DNA of 55,408 nt from Candidatus Altiarchaeota archaeon (GCA_043813075.1 JBDRLL010000022.1:1-55408); one strand, 5' to 3'; shown: positions 19,322-29,797, numbered from the stretch's first letter. Notes: generated from the sequence alone by a model not told the origin. Made by a program: numbers and translations.

Positions 19322-22114
19322 ATGGCTAACGGTCAATTCGACCCTGACAAGACTTCTCCAGCCGAATTGAGGAGACTTATTCTGGAAAAAGCGAGGACAG
19401 ACCTGCAGAGAAGACAGGTCGGGGACCTGGACCAGCAGATACACCAGATTGGGGAAGTAGTTGGCAGGATACCTGATGTGGGCCTAAAGAGTCTCGCGGC
19501 TAGGATTAGCGAGCCAGGCGGCCAGGAGATGGACTGGGATCCCGCTAAACTGGGTGCAACACTCCAGACTGAGATGACGGAGGCTACCGGAGGCAGGGAA
19601 GTTAGTATAGAACGAACAGTCCATATTGCTGAAGGAGTGCACGGAAAACCTGCAGCAGTGATTGACGGCGCATACGACCCATTCGCAGAGGATGTTATAC
19701 TTCATTTCAAGCCGAGAGACCAGACACAGGATTGGAGGGAATTCGAGGTATTGACGTTCACAGACCCGGCAGCCTTCCCCAAGAACCCTGATGGCAGTAG
19801 GATGCCAAACGAGATGGTGCGCCTGAGGGCTGTCGGCCCAGAGGGGAGATGCATCTCATGCCTTGAGGAGATTGACGGTGCTGTGAGAAGGCTAAACCGT
19901 GAATGGGAGAGGGTAGAGAGATCTGCCCAGAACACAGTGACTGCTGGGGGTAGGGAGGAAGTTGCCGTAAGAGAAGCCATAGTAAGGCACGATCAGGCGC
20001 TGGGGAGGAAGACTATGCTAGGCCGTGGCACAGAGACCGGGCATGTCGTGCTTGGCACTGCAATAAGGCTTGAAGACCCGTCAAACATATATGACAGGCA
20101 CACTGTCGGACATGATGGAAGACCAGAGGAGCTAAGAAGGCTGGAAGACGCCCACAGGACCATAGACTCCAGGCCAGGGCTAGCGAAAAGCAAGGGTGAT
20201 GGCCCTAACATTGCGGCTCAAAAGCACTTGAGGAGGCAGCAGTACGGCCAGATAATCAGGTCAGCCGAGATGAGGATGGGTGTGCCGTTGACAGATGATG
20301 AATTAAGGTCGCTGGGTTTAGAGCAGACTCCCGGAGAGCCCCAATACCCTGGCGCAGCTCTTGCTGTTGACATGGTTGTGCGTGATATGCTGCCTAAGCA
20401 GGGTGAGACAAACGTGGACCAAAACAGGGTTGACGACCTGCGGAACATACGGACTGAGGTTATCGGCGTATTGATAGGTAGAGACACGACAGCGGAGGCG
20501 AGGCAGGCCGCCAGCGATAAGGGAGGGGGGGTCGTATTCATCACGCAATACCCAATATCCCCGGAACACGTGCCTGAGCTGCCGAGGATAGGTTGTCTAG
20601 CGACCATAAGCGAATTTGGCAGACCTGAGGGGCATGCTCTCACTTTCGGCTCTGAATATGGATTCCCCATGGTGGCTTCAGTACAGGGGATACAGGACAT
20701 ACACGACGGCGACACGGTTGTTGTCGGAGATATCGTGGACAAGAAGGGCCAGGCAGTAACAACGATTGTCGGACCCAATGATACCCTGCCTGCCGAACTT
20801 GGTTTAAGCAGGGAGAACCCCGTTAGGGTGATAATACCTGTGGCCCCAAACATACACGAGAGGGCTGTCACCAAGGATGGGGTGACCCTCGAGTTGATGA
20901 CGAACCTTGGTTCTGTGGATGAGTCTAGGATAAAGATGGCCGCATCATGCGGTTCAGATGGCATAGGCTTAACCAGGATGGAGTTCATAATGATGGGGTG
21001 GGGCAGGTGCCCATGGTTCCACAGACACAACCATCAGACTGCAGACCAGACTGCTGAAAGGGAGCTGTCTAACACGTCAAGAAGGGAGCTCAGGAACAGG
21101 GTGGCAGACTCTGTTGAGAGGATCATACGGGTTTACGACGAGAGGACAAGACAGCTGGCTGAGGAATACCCGCCAGACTCCCCTGAGAGAGCCATCATAG
21201 AGGAGAGGATAGGGAAGCCCAAGGTTTTCAGGGTAGCTGACATAGACGCTGCGGGCGAGGGCGTGGAGCAGGTCAGCGCAAAGCTACCGGCTTTCGTAAA
21301 GGCTAATTGGGGTCACGACGAGCTGGCTAATAGAAACGGGATGAGATTCCTGCTTCACGAGAGGGAGGGTGTCTCAAGCAACATAGAAGACTTCCTGATA
21401 CCCCAGTTAGAGGGCATGATTATAGCAGCCATGAGGACTGGCAGACCTGTTGAGGTCGAGCTCCCCATGGTTATGAACGGAGAGCAGATTAGAAGATTAA
21501 ATCAAGTTAAATGGGGGCTCATCGGACAGATGCAGGCAGGGCAAGTGGAGATACGTCCTGGAGAGTATGTTCCGGGGGCAGAGCAGATAGCAAGGTTCCA
21601 GGGGAACAACCCGATACCGATAGTCCCACTGATAGAGCACCCGACCGCGATACACAACCTTGACGCGATAATATCAGGAGCACGCGGCCCAAACGAGGTG
21701 GACATTGACGACGCAGCGATAGGCACCTCAGACACGGCCCAGAGATACCTTGAGGTCCCGAGAGACAGTGAGGAATTCAGGCAGGAAGATGTGGGAGTCC
21801 TCAGGCTGTACGGGGAAGCGATAGAAGGATGTGTGAGGCATGGTCTTAGTCCCGTAATGTGCGGTAAGGGCGTTGAGAGACGCACTATCTTCGCGCTACT
21901 TGTTGGGGCTGGAGCGAGGAAATTCAGCCCAGACGCCCAGTTCATAGACGATCTGAAGGAAATGGCCCGCGAGATGGAGGTTAGTAGATGTGAGGATGCA
22001 TACAGGACAGTCACCTCCAAGAATCCGGATGGGAGCAACAAGTATCCTACCCCCGATGCAGTAAGGCTTAAGGTCTATGAGATTATGGGTTGGGGCCCAG
22101 TACAGCAGGACTAG
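19322..22114 (+). CDS. Highly diverged PTS Enzyme I (PtsI/PtsP)-like PEP-utilising protein with ~240-aa N-terminal extension
   Basis: EELRRLEDA, RVDDLRNI, phospho-His segment GRPEGHAL, TKDG...TNLG, GIGLTRMEF, LPMV, IEHP, IGTSD, MCG. Confidence 0.8.
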   Translation: MANGQFDPDKTSPAELRRLILEKARTDLQRRQVGDLDQQIHQIGEVVGRIPDVGLKSLAARISEPGGQEMDWDPAKLGATLQTEMTEATGGREVSIERTVHIAEGVHGKPAAVIDGAYDPFAEDVILHFKPRDQTQDWREFEVLTFTDPAAFPKNPDGSRMPNEMVRLRAVGPEGRCISCLEEIDGAVRRLNREWERVERSAQNTVTAGGREEVAVREAIVRHDQALGRKTMLGRGTETGHVVLGTAIRLEDPSNIYDRHTVGHDGRPEELRRLEDAHRTIDSRPGLAKSKGDGPNIAAQKHLRRQQYGQIIRSAEMRMGVPLTDDELRSLGLEQTPGEPQYPGAALAVDMVVRDMLPKQGETNVDQNRVDDLRNIRTEVIGVLIGRDTTAEARQAASDKGGGVVFITQYPISPEHVPELPRIGCLATISEFGRPEGHALTFGSEYGFPMVASVQGIQDIHDGDTVVVGDIVDKKGQAVTTIVGPNDTLPAELGLSRENPVRVIIPVAPNIHERAVTKDGVTLELMTNLGSVDESRIKMAASCGSDGIGLTRMEFIMMGWGRCPWFHRHNHQTADQTAERELSNTSRRELRNRVADSVERIIRVYDERTRQLAEEYPPDSPERAIIEERIGKPKVFRVADIDAAGEGVEQVSAKLPAFVKANWGHDELANRNGMRFLLHEREGVSSNIEDFLIPQLEGMIIAAMRTGRPVEVELPMVMNGEQIRRLNQVKWGLIGQMQAGQVEIRPGEYVPGAEQIARFQGNNPIPIVPLIEHPTAIHNLDAIISGARGPNEVDIDDAAIGTSDTAQRYLEVPRDSEEFRQEDVGVLRLYGEAIEGCVRHGLSPVMCGKGVERRTIFALLVGAGARKFSPDAQFIDDLKEMAREMEVSRCEDAYRTVTSKNPDGSNKYPTPDAVRLKVYEIMGWGPVQQD

Positions 22115-24837
22115 GATGTTGAAAGGTCAACCCCCCTTGTGTTCCACCACTTCTGGATTTCAAGGTAGATGAATCCTAAGCTAGACAACCCCAGTATGGA
22201 AAGGAACAATCCCGCAGAGAGGGGGTACGTGTGTGTGAGATCCTGTATGCTTATGCCAGCGAATGGGATGGTCAATGGTACGTAAAGCAGTCCCACCACC
22301 ACCAGCAGTGAGAAACCAACCGCGGCAAGCAGCCACTTGTTCTTGAAGAGGCCGACCTTGAATGCAGGATACCTGGTGGACCTGGATGCAAACGCCTGGT
22401 ACATCTCGAAGAATGCTATGCAGAGGAATGCGACAGTCTGGGCTTCGAAGACGTTCTCCTCCACAGGATCGTAGACCCATAGGAACATTGACATGGTGAC
22501 TAGGATCATCAGCACGGGATACCAGAGTATGAACGGCGAGAGATCCTTATGCAACGGCTCAGTCCGCGGGCGGGGCTTCCTCTTCATGGCCCCAGGCTCG
22601 AATGGGTCAACGCCCAACGCAAGGGCTGGCAGGCCGTCTGTGACCAGGTTGACTATGAGTATCTGGGATGCCGTCAATGCGATGGGCACTGAAGGTATTA
22701 TGGATGACAGGAATACTACCGCAACCTCCCCGATGTTTCCGGAAATCAGGTATGCGAAGAACTTGCGGATGTTGTCGTATATCCCCCTGCCCTCCTCTAC
22801 CGCACGCACGATGGATGAGAAGTTGTCGTCAGTCAAGACCATGTCAGACGCCTCCTTGCTGACGTCAGTACCTGTTATGCCCATCGCGACGCCGATGTCA
22901 GCCTTCTTCAACGCGGGTGCATCGTTCACGCCGTCCCCGGTCATTGCCACCACATTGCCCCTCGCCTGAAGCGCCTTCACTATCTTCAGCTTGTGTATCG
23001 GGGAAACCCGGGCGTATATCGAAGTCCGCTCCACGATGTTCTCCAGCTCGGCGTCGCTTATCTTCTCCAGCTCGGCTCCGGTGAGTATCTGATCGCCCTC
23101 ATGGTATATGCCGACCTGCTTTGCTATTGCCTTCGCGGTCAGCTTGTGGTCCCCTGTTATCATGACGACACGTATGCCTGCCTGCTTGCACAAGTCCACA
23201 GACTTCGCTGACTCCTCCCTCGGGGGGTCTATCATGGCCACGAGACCTATGAACGTCATGTCCTGCTCGAGGTTTTCGTGGGTGTAATCACCGGTTATCT
23301 GACGGAATGCCAGGCCCAGTACGCGGTATGCTTGGGTCGCGAACTCTGAGTTCTTCTCCAACACTTCTGTGCGGAGTTCGCTGGAAAGCTCTGTCTCGCC
23401 CACACGGGATAGCATGCGGTTGCATTTGTCAAGCACCACGTCCGGAGCACCGATGGTGTATGCAGTCTTAACTCCTTCAAACTCGTTTATGGTGGTGAAC
23501 CTCTTCCTCTCGGAGCTGAATGTTATCTCGTCCACACGCTTATGCTTCTCGTTCAGCTTTTCCTGCGAGTACCCTATCTTGGCTGCGGCGACAAGCACGC
23601 TGGCGGCGGTCGGGTCGCCTGTTATGGAGTCGCCTCCGATGCCTGCGTCATTGGCCAAGACGCCTGCAGTCAGCAGTTTGTCAAGCTCCTGATCAGCCTC
23701 CTTGACGTCAGAGCCGTTCTCATCGACGAGCCGACCTTTAACGGAGTATCCTTCACCCTGCACGTTTATTGTCCTACCGTGCAGCCATATCTTCTTGACT
23801 GTCATCTCGTTCTTGGTGAGTGTCCCTGTCTTGTCTGTGCATATAACGGTTGTCGAGCCCAGTGTCTCTACGGCAGGGAGCTTGCGGATGATTACATTCT
23901 CCTTCACCATCCTGCGCGTGCCGCCGGCGAGTGCGACTGTGACCACCCCCGGCAGGCCTTCAGGGACTGCCGCCACGGCAAGCGCTATTGCGACTATAGC
24001 CATCTCGAGGAATGACGTGTCTGAGGCGAGAATACCAGATACCAGGACTATGGCGCAGATGATTATGACGCCGACACCAATCTGCTTGCCTAGGACTGAG
24101 AGACGCTCCTGTAGCGGTGTCTTCTCCTCCTTTATGTCCTGTATGCTGCCGGCTATGCGGCCTATCTCAGTCCCCATGCCGGTTGAGACGACTACCGCAG
24201 TCGCCTTACCGTAGACTACTGTGGTTGACATGTAGAGCATGTTGCTCCTGTCGGCCAGAGAAGAGTCTTCGCTTACAGGACCGTGTTTTTTCTCTACAGG
24301 ATTGGATTCTCCGGTGAGTGACGACTCGTCCACCCGTAATTCTACTTCCTGAATTACGCGCAGGTCTGCTGGTATCCGGTCTCCTGACTCAAGGAATACT
24401 ATGTCCCCGGGGACAAGCCCTGAAGCGTCTATCTTTGATTTCACGCCGTCCCTAAGCGTGAGAGCAGATGGTGTCATCAGCTTCTTCAACGCCTCCAGCT
24501 CTTTCTCAGCATTGTATTCCTGGTAGAACCCGACAATAACTATGAATAATACTATGAGTAGTATGAGTCCGGCCTCCACCATCTCCTGGACGCTGTTCTC
24601 CAGGATGCCGATGCCGATGGATATTACGGCAGCTATTATCAGCAGTATTATAAGGAAGTCCTTGAACTGGTTTGATATGTGCTCGAGGATGCTTGTCTTC
24701 TCGGCCTCCATAAGTTGGTTCAGGCCGTACTTGCCCTGCCTTTCCCTCGCCTGTTCTGACGTTAGGCCAGTTTCACTTGAGGCTAGCTCCTCAAGTACTT
24801 GAGTGCGTTCTATGCTATGCCATGCTGGATTCTGCAT
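22111..24837 (-). CDS. Cation (Ca2+-type, P2A) P-type ATPase
   Basis: TGES, PEGL, DKTGTLT, MITGD, TGDGVNDAPALK. Confidence 0.95.
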   Translation of the reverse strand: MQNPAWHSIERTQVLEELASSETGLTSEQARERQGKYGLNQLMEAEKTSILEHISNQFKDFLIILLIIAAVISIGIGILENSVQEMVEAGLILLIVLFIVIVGFYQEYNAEKELEALKKLMTPSALTLRDGVKSKIDASGLVPGDIVFLESGDRIPADLRVIQEVELRVDESSLTGESNPVEKKHGPVSEDSSLADRSNMLYMSTTVVYGKATAVVVSTGMGTEIGRIAGSIQDIKEEKTPLQERLSVLGKQIGVGVIIICAIVLVSGILASDTSFLEMAIVAIALAVAAVPEGLPGVVTVALAGGTRRMVKENVIIRKLPAVETLGSTTVICTDKTGTLTKNEMTVKKIWLHGRTINVQGEGYSVKGRLVDENGSDVKEADQELDKLLTAGVLANDAGIGGDSITGDPTAASVLVAAAKIGYSQEKLNEKHKRVDEITFSSERKRFTTINEFEGVKTAYTIGAPDVVLDKCNRMLSRVGETELSSELRTEVLEKNSEFATQAYRVLGLAFRQITGDYTHENLEQDMTFIGLVAMIDPPREESAKSVDLCKQAGIRVVMITGDHKLTAKAIAKQVGIYHEGDQILTGAELEKISDAELENIVERTSIYARVSPIHKLKIVKALQARGNVVAMTGDGVNDAPALKKADIGVAMGITGTDVSKEASDMVLTDDNFSSIVRAVEEGRGIYDNIRKFFAYLISGNIGEVAVVFLSSIIPSVPIALTASQILIVNLVTDGLPALALGVDPFEPGAMKRKPRPRTEPLHKDLSPFILWYPVLMILVTMSMFLWVYDPVEENVFEAQTVAFLCIAFFEMYQAFASRSTRYPAFKVGLFKNKWLLAAVGFSLLVVVGLLYVPLTIPFAGISIQDLTHTYPLSAGLFLSILGLSSLGFIYLEIQKWWNTRGVDLSTS

Positions 24838-24876
24838 CTTAGGTAATAAATTAGCGACACTTTATAAAACAGGAGT

Positions 24877-25461
24877 TCAGGCAAGTGTCATGTTGGAGTC
24901 CTCATCCACCGTAGAAGTCTTTCGCTTGTGTGGCGGTGGCAGCGGTCTTGGCGGCGTCTCCTTGCCCATCTCGTCTATTATCTTGATTAGCAGTTCCTTC
25001 GGCGACTCTTTCACGACGCTCTTTGCGGAGAAGACGTAGAGCCTCCTCAGCTCGCTTATGTGCCCCCTCTCAGTCTGCAGGACGTGGAAGTAGTTGTCGA
25101 GGTCCGAGAGGTTCCTGAACCCGTAGACCAGAACGTGCGTAACGTCACCCTCCGATAGTCGGTAGAAGTTTATGATGTGCGGGCCTTTAACGCGCTCCCG
25201 TATGTCTGACTCCACCATGGTCTTCCATGATTCTGGCCTTATCCGGAACATGGCTATCGCGAAAACGTTGATGCCCAGCTTGTCGTAGTCCACCTGGGTT
25301 GTGTACGACCTTATGATTCCCTCTTCCTCGAGTTTTCTGCGTATCTTGCCTACCGCCTGGGCTGTGATGCTCAGTTTACGCGCCATCTCTGCGTCGGATA
25401 TGCGGCCGTTCTGTATGAGAAACTTAAGTACTTTACGTTCATTACGCGTTAGTTTAATCAT
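24877..25461 (-). CDS. Lrp/AsnC family transcriptional regulator
   Basis: N-terminal wHTH (NGRISDAEMARKL...KLEEEGII); start set at MIKLT. Confidence 0.85.
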   Translation of the reverse strand: MIKLTRNERKVLKFLIQNGRISDAEMARKLSITAQAVGKIRRKLEEEGIIRSYTTQVDYDKLGINVFAIAMFRIRPESWKTMVESDIRERVKGPHIINFYRLSEGDVTHVLVYGFRNLSDLDNYFHVLQTERGHISELRRLYVFSAKSVVKESPKELLIKIIDEMGKETPPRPLPPPHKRKTSTVDEDSNMTLA

Positions 25462-25586
25462 GTCACAATTTAATGATTCAAGGTTTATAAGCAAAACCAT
25501 AATGAGACTACGGCCATGATAAAAGTTTTTTTTATACAATATAAATTGTCTTTATATTTTAAGCATTTTTTATTCTGCCCGTCTAA

Positions 25587-26237
25587 GTGATATATGACAT
25601 GCCCCACAGGAGATTTATCAGATGGCTTAGTCGAATGCTGAGATTCAAGAAGAACCTGCGTGTGGGCATATACGGGCCTCCGAACTCAGGTAAAACGAGC
25701 CTGGCCAACAGGATAATAACGGATTGCATTGGAGGTGCTGGTTGGGCGATATCTGACATACCGCACGAGACACGCCACGTCCACGGGATGGAGGAGGTGG
25801 TGCTGGAGTCAGGCAAGAGCAAGCTCATGATAGACCTCTTCGACATGCCAGGCATATCGTCAAGAGAGGAGCTTCATACAGACTACTTCGACGAGTTCCT
25901 AAGCGCCTCAATGAACGAGGATGAGGCAAGGCTAAGGCTGCTCGAGGCCACTGAGGGGATCGCCGAGTCGGTTAGGTGGATGAAGAGAATAGACAGCGCG
26001 ATAGTCGTGCTTGACTCCACTAAAAACCCGTACACGAAGGTAAACGCACTGCTTCTGGGCATATTAAAGGCGTACAACGTGAACATGATAGTCGCCGCAA
26101 ACAAAATCGACTTGGATGATGCGAAGCCAGATCAGATAGAGAAGGCGATGGTCAGATACCCGGTGGTTAGAGTATCCGCAAAGGAAGGCACCAACATGGA
26201 CGAACTCTATAAGGCTATCTCACAGCACCTCAGATGA
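25587..26237 (+). CDS. Archaeal Era-like small GTPase (OapA-like)
   Basis: GIYGPPNSGKTSLANR, PHETR, DMPG, ATEG, NKID. Confidence 0.85.
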   Translation: MIYDMPHRRFIRWLSRMLRFKKNLRVGIYGPPNSGKTSLANRIITDCIGGAGWAISDIPHETRHVHGMEEVVLESGKSKLMIDLFDMPGISSREELHTDYFDEFLSASMNEDEARLRLLEATEGIAESVRWMKRIDSAIVVLDSTKNPYTKVNALLLGILKAYNVNMIVAANKIDLDDAKPDQIEKAMVRYPVVRVSAKEGTNMDELYKAISQHLR

Positions 26238-26889
26238 GCAGGAGGTAGGAGAAGTATAGTCCTGCGACAATGAGGAATACCGCTGAAACCCGCTCAACAT
26301 CATTCATCCTGTCCCTGAAGAAACCCATGTATCTGAACGCCGCGTCAGACGCGAGGCCGAGGGATAGTATTGGGACGCCCATGCTAAGCGAGAACGCTAA
26401 CATGAGGAAAAAGCCCTGGACAAACGTCTCCTTCATCAGCAGTACGGGCATTATCCCGGTTATCATGAAAGGCAGGCTGCATGGCGTGACTATTGTCGAA
26501 AACATCATGCCGGTCAGGAAAGAACCCACGACACCGCCATGCGAGGAAGGCTTGAATGGACTGTAGGTGCGCATGTTGACGTTAAGCACTCCCAGAGAGC
26601 GTAATGCGAATAGGAAGCATAATAATGCAGCACCAGCGTAGACGACGTCAGTGAAGATGCCGAGCACATCATACGCCAGGTCGCCGAGGAGGCTGGTAAG
26701 GAAGACTATCAGAAGGTAGAACAGCATGAAGGCGGACACTATGCCCAGAGTGAATGAGAGTGCTACCACACGCCTGTTGGAGCCGGACCTGCAGAGGGAG
26801 TTCAGCATCACAGGATATATCGGGAGGCTACATGGACTCAAAGAGGAGAGGAGGCCTGAGAAAACGCTCGCGACGAGAAGCTCTATCAT
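26230..26889 (-). CDS. ccdA: CcdA/DsbD-type transmembrane electron transporter
   Basis: Six TMs with SPCSLP and TPCSLP; start at MIELLVA overlaps the stop of the upstream gene. Confidence 0.85.
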   Translation of the reverse strand: MIELLVASVFSGLLSSLSPCSLPIYPVMLNSLCRSGSNRRVVALSFTLGIVSAFMLFYLLIVFLTSLLGDLAYDVLGIFTDVVYAGAALLCFLFALRSLGVLNVNMRTYSPFKPSSHGGVVGSFLTGMMFSTIVTPCSLPFMITGIMPVLLMKETFVQGFFLMLAFSLSMGVPILSLGLASDAAFRYMGFFRDRMNDVERVSAVFLIVAGLYFSYLLLI

Positions 26890-27725
26890 GAGACCACCCC
26901 ACATTCCGTAACACCCAGTATCTTCTCCTCCATCCAGTGGGTTGGCACAAGCCCTGAAGAGGAATACGTGCCACGGGGGCCCTGCACTTCTAGGTAGGGT
27001 GTCTTGACGCTTGACCCGAACTTGCCGATAAGCTGTTCCCTGTACCTCAGTATGTTTATCTTCTCGTAGAGGACGCATCCACGGTTCTTCTGTATTATGG
27101 CGTTTAGCTTTGGCTCCACTATAGCGCATTGGGGGCAGTTGACGGTATAATAATATCGTACGTTAACCCACCCGTTGGAGAGGTATCTGGCCCGGTCTGC
27201 GGGGGATAGTAGACGGTATACTTCACTGGAGCTCGTATAGGGGACGGTAGACGCGTTTATAATGCCGGTATTGTTCTGAAAACCCTCCTTGACGACCACG
27301 AGCTCGTGAATTCCGGACTTGAATTCTGGGATGGTGAAGACGCCAGACTCCGTGTTCCCCAGGTATGAGCCGTCAAGTAATACGAACGCGTCATCAACCA
27401 CAACACCATTCGATGATACGCTAACCTTCACGTAATCGCCCCGATACACGCCAGCTGGAATGTAGGACACTTGAAGCTGCTTCATCGCAGGCAGGGTGCT
27501 GGATGATGTTGTCGATGTCGTGGAGGTAGTGGATGACTCAAGCAGAGTCGTATCCATCAGGGTTGTTGATGACGTGGATGATGAGGACGTGTAGGATGTG
27601 GTAGATTGCATGGTTGACGACGTGACAGTAATCGATGGCATGAACACGAGTGCGACTCCAACAGCGACGATCAGTACGGACATGACAGACACCATGACCA
27701 GCAGGGCGATTACGTTAGCGTCCAC
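26886..27725 (-). CDS. Membrane-anchored thioredoxin-fold protein (CPQC) with Ser/Thr stalk and PEGA-like domain
   Basis: N-terminal TM, S/T run, LDG.YLG.T...G.H.L.V.KEGF, YYTVNCPQC; GTG overlaps the upstream TAG. Confidence 0.7.
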   Translation of the reverse strand: MDANVIALLVMVSVMSVLIVAVGVALVFMPSITVTSSTMQSTTSYTSSSSTSSTTLMDTTLLESSTTSTTSTTSSSTLPAMKQLQVSYIPAGVYRGDYVKVSVSSNGVVVDDAFVLLDGSYLGNTESGVFTIPEFKSGIHELVVVKEGFQNNTGIINASTVPYTSSSEVYRLLSPADRARYLSNGWVNVRYYYTVNCPQCAIVEPKLNAIIQKNRGCVLYEKINILRYREQLIGKFGSSVKTPYLEVQGPRGTYSSSGLVPTHWMEEKILGVTECGVVS

Positions 27726-28519
27726 TAGTATCCCCTCCTGCACATGCTGCACCCTTCGGAGGACTGTGTTTCAACCTCCCGGAATGTCACGTTCATGCTA
27801 ATGTTCCTCATACAGTATTCGAGCGTCACTATCCCTGCATCACGCACAGACATGTTCCCCAGCCTGATGAGGAAACGCTTGGACTCATTTGACTTCAGAG
27901 CATATGATTTCGGAATAACATCGAGCAGCAAGCCTGAACGATGAAGGGCAGCCAAGCTGAAGCCCTCAAAATCGAATGTGCCATTGTTTAACACAGTCAC
28001 GTAGAATCCTATGCTGTTGGAGTCCAAGACGACATCCTCCCCATCAGAGTGGCTCGTTATTACTATCGGACCGGGATAATATTCTGCCAGAGCACGCATT
28101 ATGCCTCCAGAATACTTACGCTGCGCTAGGATGGTGTCATCCACATCATGGCCTGCGAGAATCCAGACCGTCTGTCCTTCAGTCCAGACGCCGCGCTTCC
28201 TGAAGAGGAATGACGAGTCCGTGTCCGACGTGAGGCTCTGCCTCTCGAATGAAGTCAGCAAGCCTTCGACGACGTCCCCCACACCCTCCGGGCTGCCGTG
28301 CCCGCCGAGGATGATAACGTGCCTGGATGCCCTGTAAGCGTCAAATTCTCCAGCCCCAACTACCGTATATGGTAGGTTATTCTTTTCCATGAGTTCGCCT
28401 ATCGCGGATGCCGCAGGCATGTCCAGCTGATTGGACAATACCACCACCCCGCCATCCTGCTGGGAGTCGGCACACAATACGGCCACCATCATCAAGAGGG
28501 TTATTATGCTTTTTTTCAT
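27725..28519 (-). CDS. Secreted hypothetical protein (S-layer-associated-like domain, C-terminal CSMC)
   Basis: Signal peptide; VIILGG...PEGVG and ILAG.D...T motif seen in archaeal surface proteins. Confidence 0.65.
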   Translation of the reverse strand: MKKSIITLLMMVAVLCADSQQDGGVVVLSNQLDMPAASAIGELMEKNNLPYTVVGAGEFDAYRASRHVIILGGHGSPEGVGDVVEGLLTSFERQSLTSDTDSSFLFRKRGVWTEGQTVWILAGHDVDDTILAQRKYSGGIMRALAEYYPGPIVITSHSDGEDVVLDSNSIGFYVTVLNNGTFDFEGFSLAALHRSGLLLDVIPKSYALKSNESKRFLIRLGNMSVRDAGIVTLEYCMRNISMNVTFREVETQSSEGCSMCRRGY

Positions 28520-28526
28520 GTTGCTT

Positions 28527-29177
28527 TCAGCAGACTGTGATGGACTTCAGGTTAGAGGGGGTTATCCTGACGTAGGCGTTGCCTGCGATGACTGCGGCAG
28601 GGTATCCGATGCCGCCAGTGTATTCCTCGCCGGTCTGGGCGTCTATCATGTCATCGTCATCCTGGTACTCCTGCAGCTCGTCAATGCACTCCTCATTGTC
28701 CTCATCGGATATGCAGTACCTGATTGTGGAGTCGAAGAGGGAGAAGTAGTTGCCGTAATGCTGCTTTATCGCCCTGCACTGTGGACATCTAGAACCAGCA
28801 TCAGTGTCGTGCATGTAGAGTGCCGTGATGCGCTGGGACACGCAGAACGCCTCAGTGTAGAGGGGGTCAAGCGTCGTGGTGGAAGCGTAAGTCGTCGTAG
28901 TCGACACCATGGATGTTGTTGTGGACGATGAAGTCGTGGTGGTGGAAGTCGTGGTCGACGAAGTGGTGGAAGTCGTGGTGGTGGAAGTCGTGGTCGATGA
29001 GGATGTCGTGGATGCTGTAGACAGGAGGGAGAATATGCCCGTCGAATACAATCCGAAGGAGAATATCATGAAGCCGACGAACAGGATGACGAGCACCAGT
29101 AGGACTGCCAGCACTATCTTCCATGTGTCGTCAGACACCTTCTCTGAACCCAAGACGCGAAGACTCATCTGGAACAC
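28527..29177 (-). CDS. Membrane-anchored thioredoxin-like protein (CPQC) with Thr/Ser stalk
   Basis: TM, T/S repeats, CPQC, GYPA cis-Pro-like loop. Confidence 0.65.
   Translation of the reverse strand: MFQMSLRVLGSEKVSDDTWKIVLAVLLVLVILFVGFMIFSFGLYSTGIFSLLSTASTTSSSTTTSTTTTSTTSSTTTSTTTTSSSTTTSMVSTTTTYASTTTLDPLYTEAFCVSQRITALYMHDTDAGSRCPQCRAIKQHYGNYFSLFDSTIRYCISDEDNEECIDELQEYQDDDDMIDAQTGEEYTGGIGYPAAVIAGNAYVRITPSNLKSITVC
28930..28997. repeat. Intragenic direct repeat (29 nt, two copies, period 39) encoding the Thr/Ser stalk
   Basis: GAAGTCGTGGTGGTGGAAGTCGTGGTCGA at 28930 and 28969. Confidence 0.85.
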
Positions 29178-29222
29178 CCCTCAAATATGATAGCGAATAC
29201 GCAAATAAACGTTAAGGTAACG

Positions 29223-29735
29223 CTAGAGTAACTCTTCAATGACCGCCCTGAAGTCGGCCTCCTCAGCCGCCAGGCCGCCGTCACGCTCATGCGCGTTCCC
29301 GACCCGGTAGTACTTGCACCCGAAGACGAACGTCGGCACGGTCTGCGACGGGTTGAATGTGTAGTACAGTGACTCCTCAGACCCGGGTATCGAATCCTCC
29401 CTGACAGTAGTCAGCACGTCATCATGGGCGTCGAAACTCCAGTGATACGCGACTATCCGGCCGGAAGCAGCGTACTCTGAAGCCACTTTGTCGAATGTTG
29501 GGCCGATCCACCTGCAGTGCGGGCAGAGTTCGGTGGAATACATGCGGACTATGGGCTTCCCGTCCTTTGTGCAGACGTCGCCTTCGACCACAGTGAACGA
29601 ACGGAAGGAGCCGGTCTTGTTCAGACTGAACTCGGGTGGATTCCTTGACGGCATCGCATAGTATAGCGTCATCGCAAGCAGGAATACGCCCATCAAAACG
29701 ACCAGGTACGAGGCCAGAGAGGATATTTTCACCAT
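29223..29735 (-). CDS. Membrane-anchored thioredoxin family protein (CPHC)
   Basis: YSTELCPHCRW, VPTFVFGC. Confidence 0.85.
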   Translation of the reverse strand: MVKISSLASYLVVLMGVFLLAMTLYYAMPSRNPPEFSLNKTGSFRSFTVVEGDVCTKDGKPIVRMYSTELCPHCRWIGPTFDKVASEYAASGRIVAYHWSFDAHDDVLTTVREDSIPGSEESLYYTFNPSQTVPTFVFGCKYYRVGNAHERDGGLAAEEADFRAVIEELL

Positions 29736-29797
29736 TCTTAACGCCCTGAATTAAATGGTAGGAGGAGCTTAAAAACAAAGAAGATTATAGATAAACA

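Noticed and set aside
20218-21030. Long Ser/Pro/Thr-rich antisense ORFs (this one and many similar)
   Set aside because: Typical shadow frames of the real genes on the opposite strand; no motifs or start signals.
28920-29010. CRISPR-like repeats
   Set aside because: Two copies with a 10-nt gap, in frame inside a Thr/Ser stalk coding region; no cas genes.
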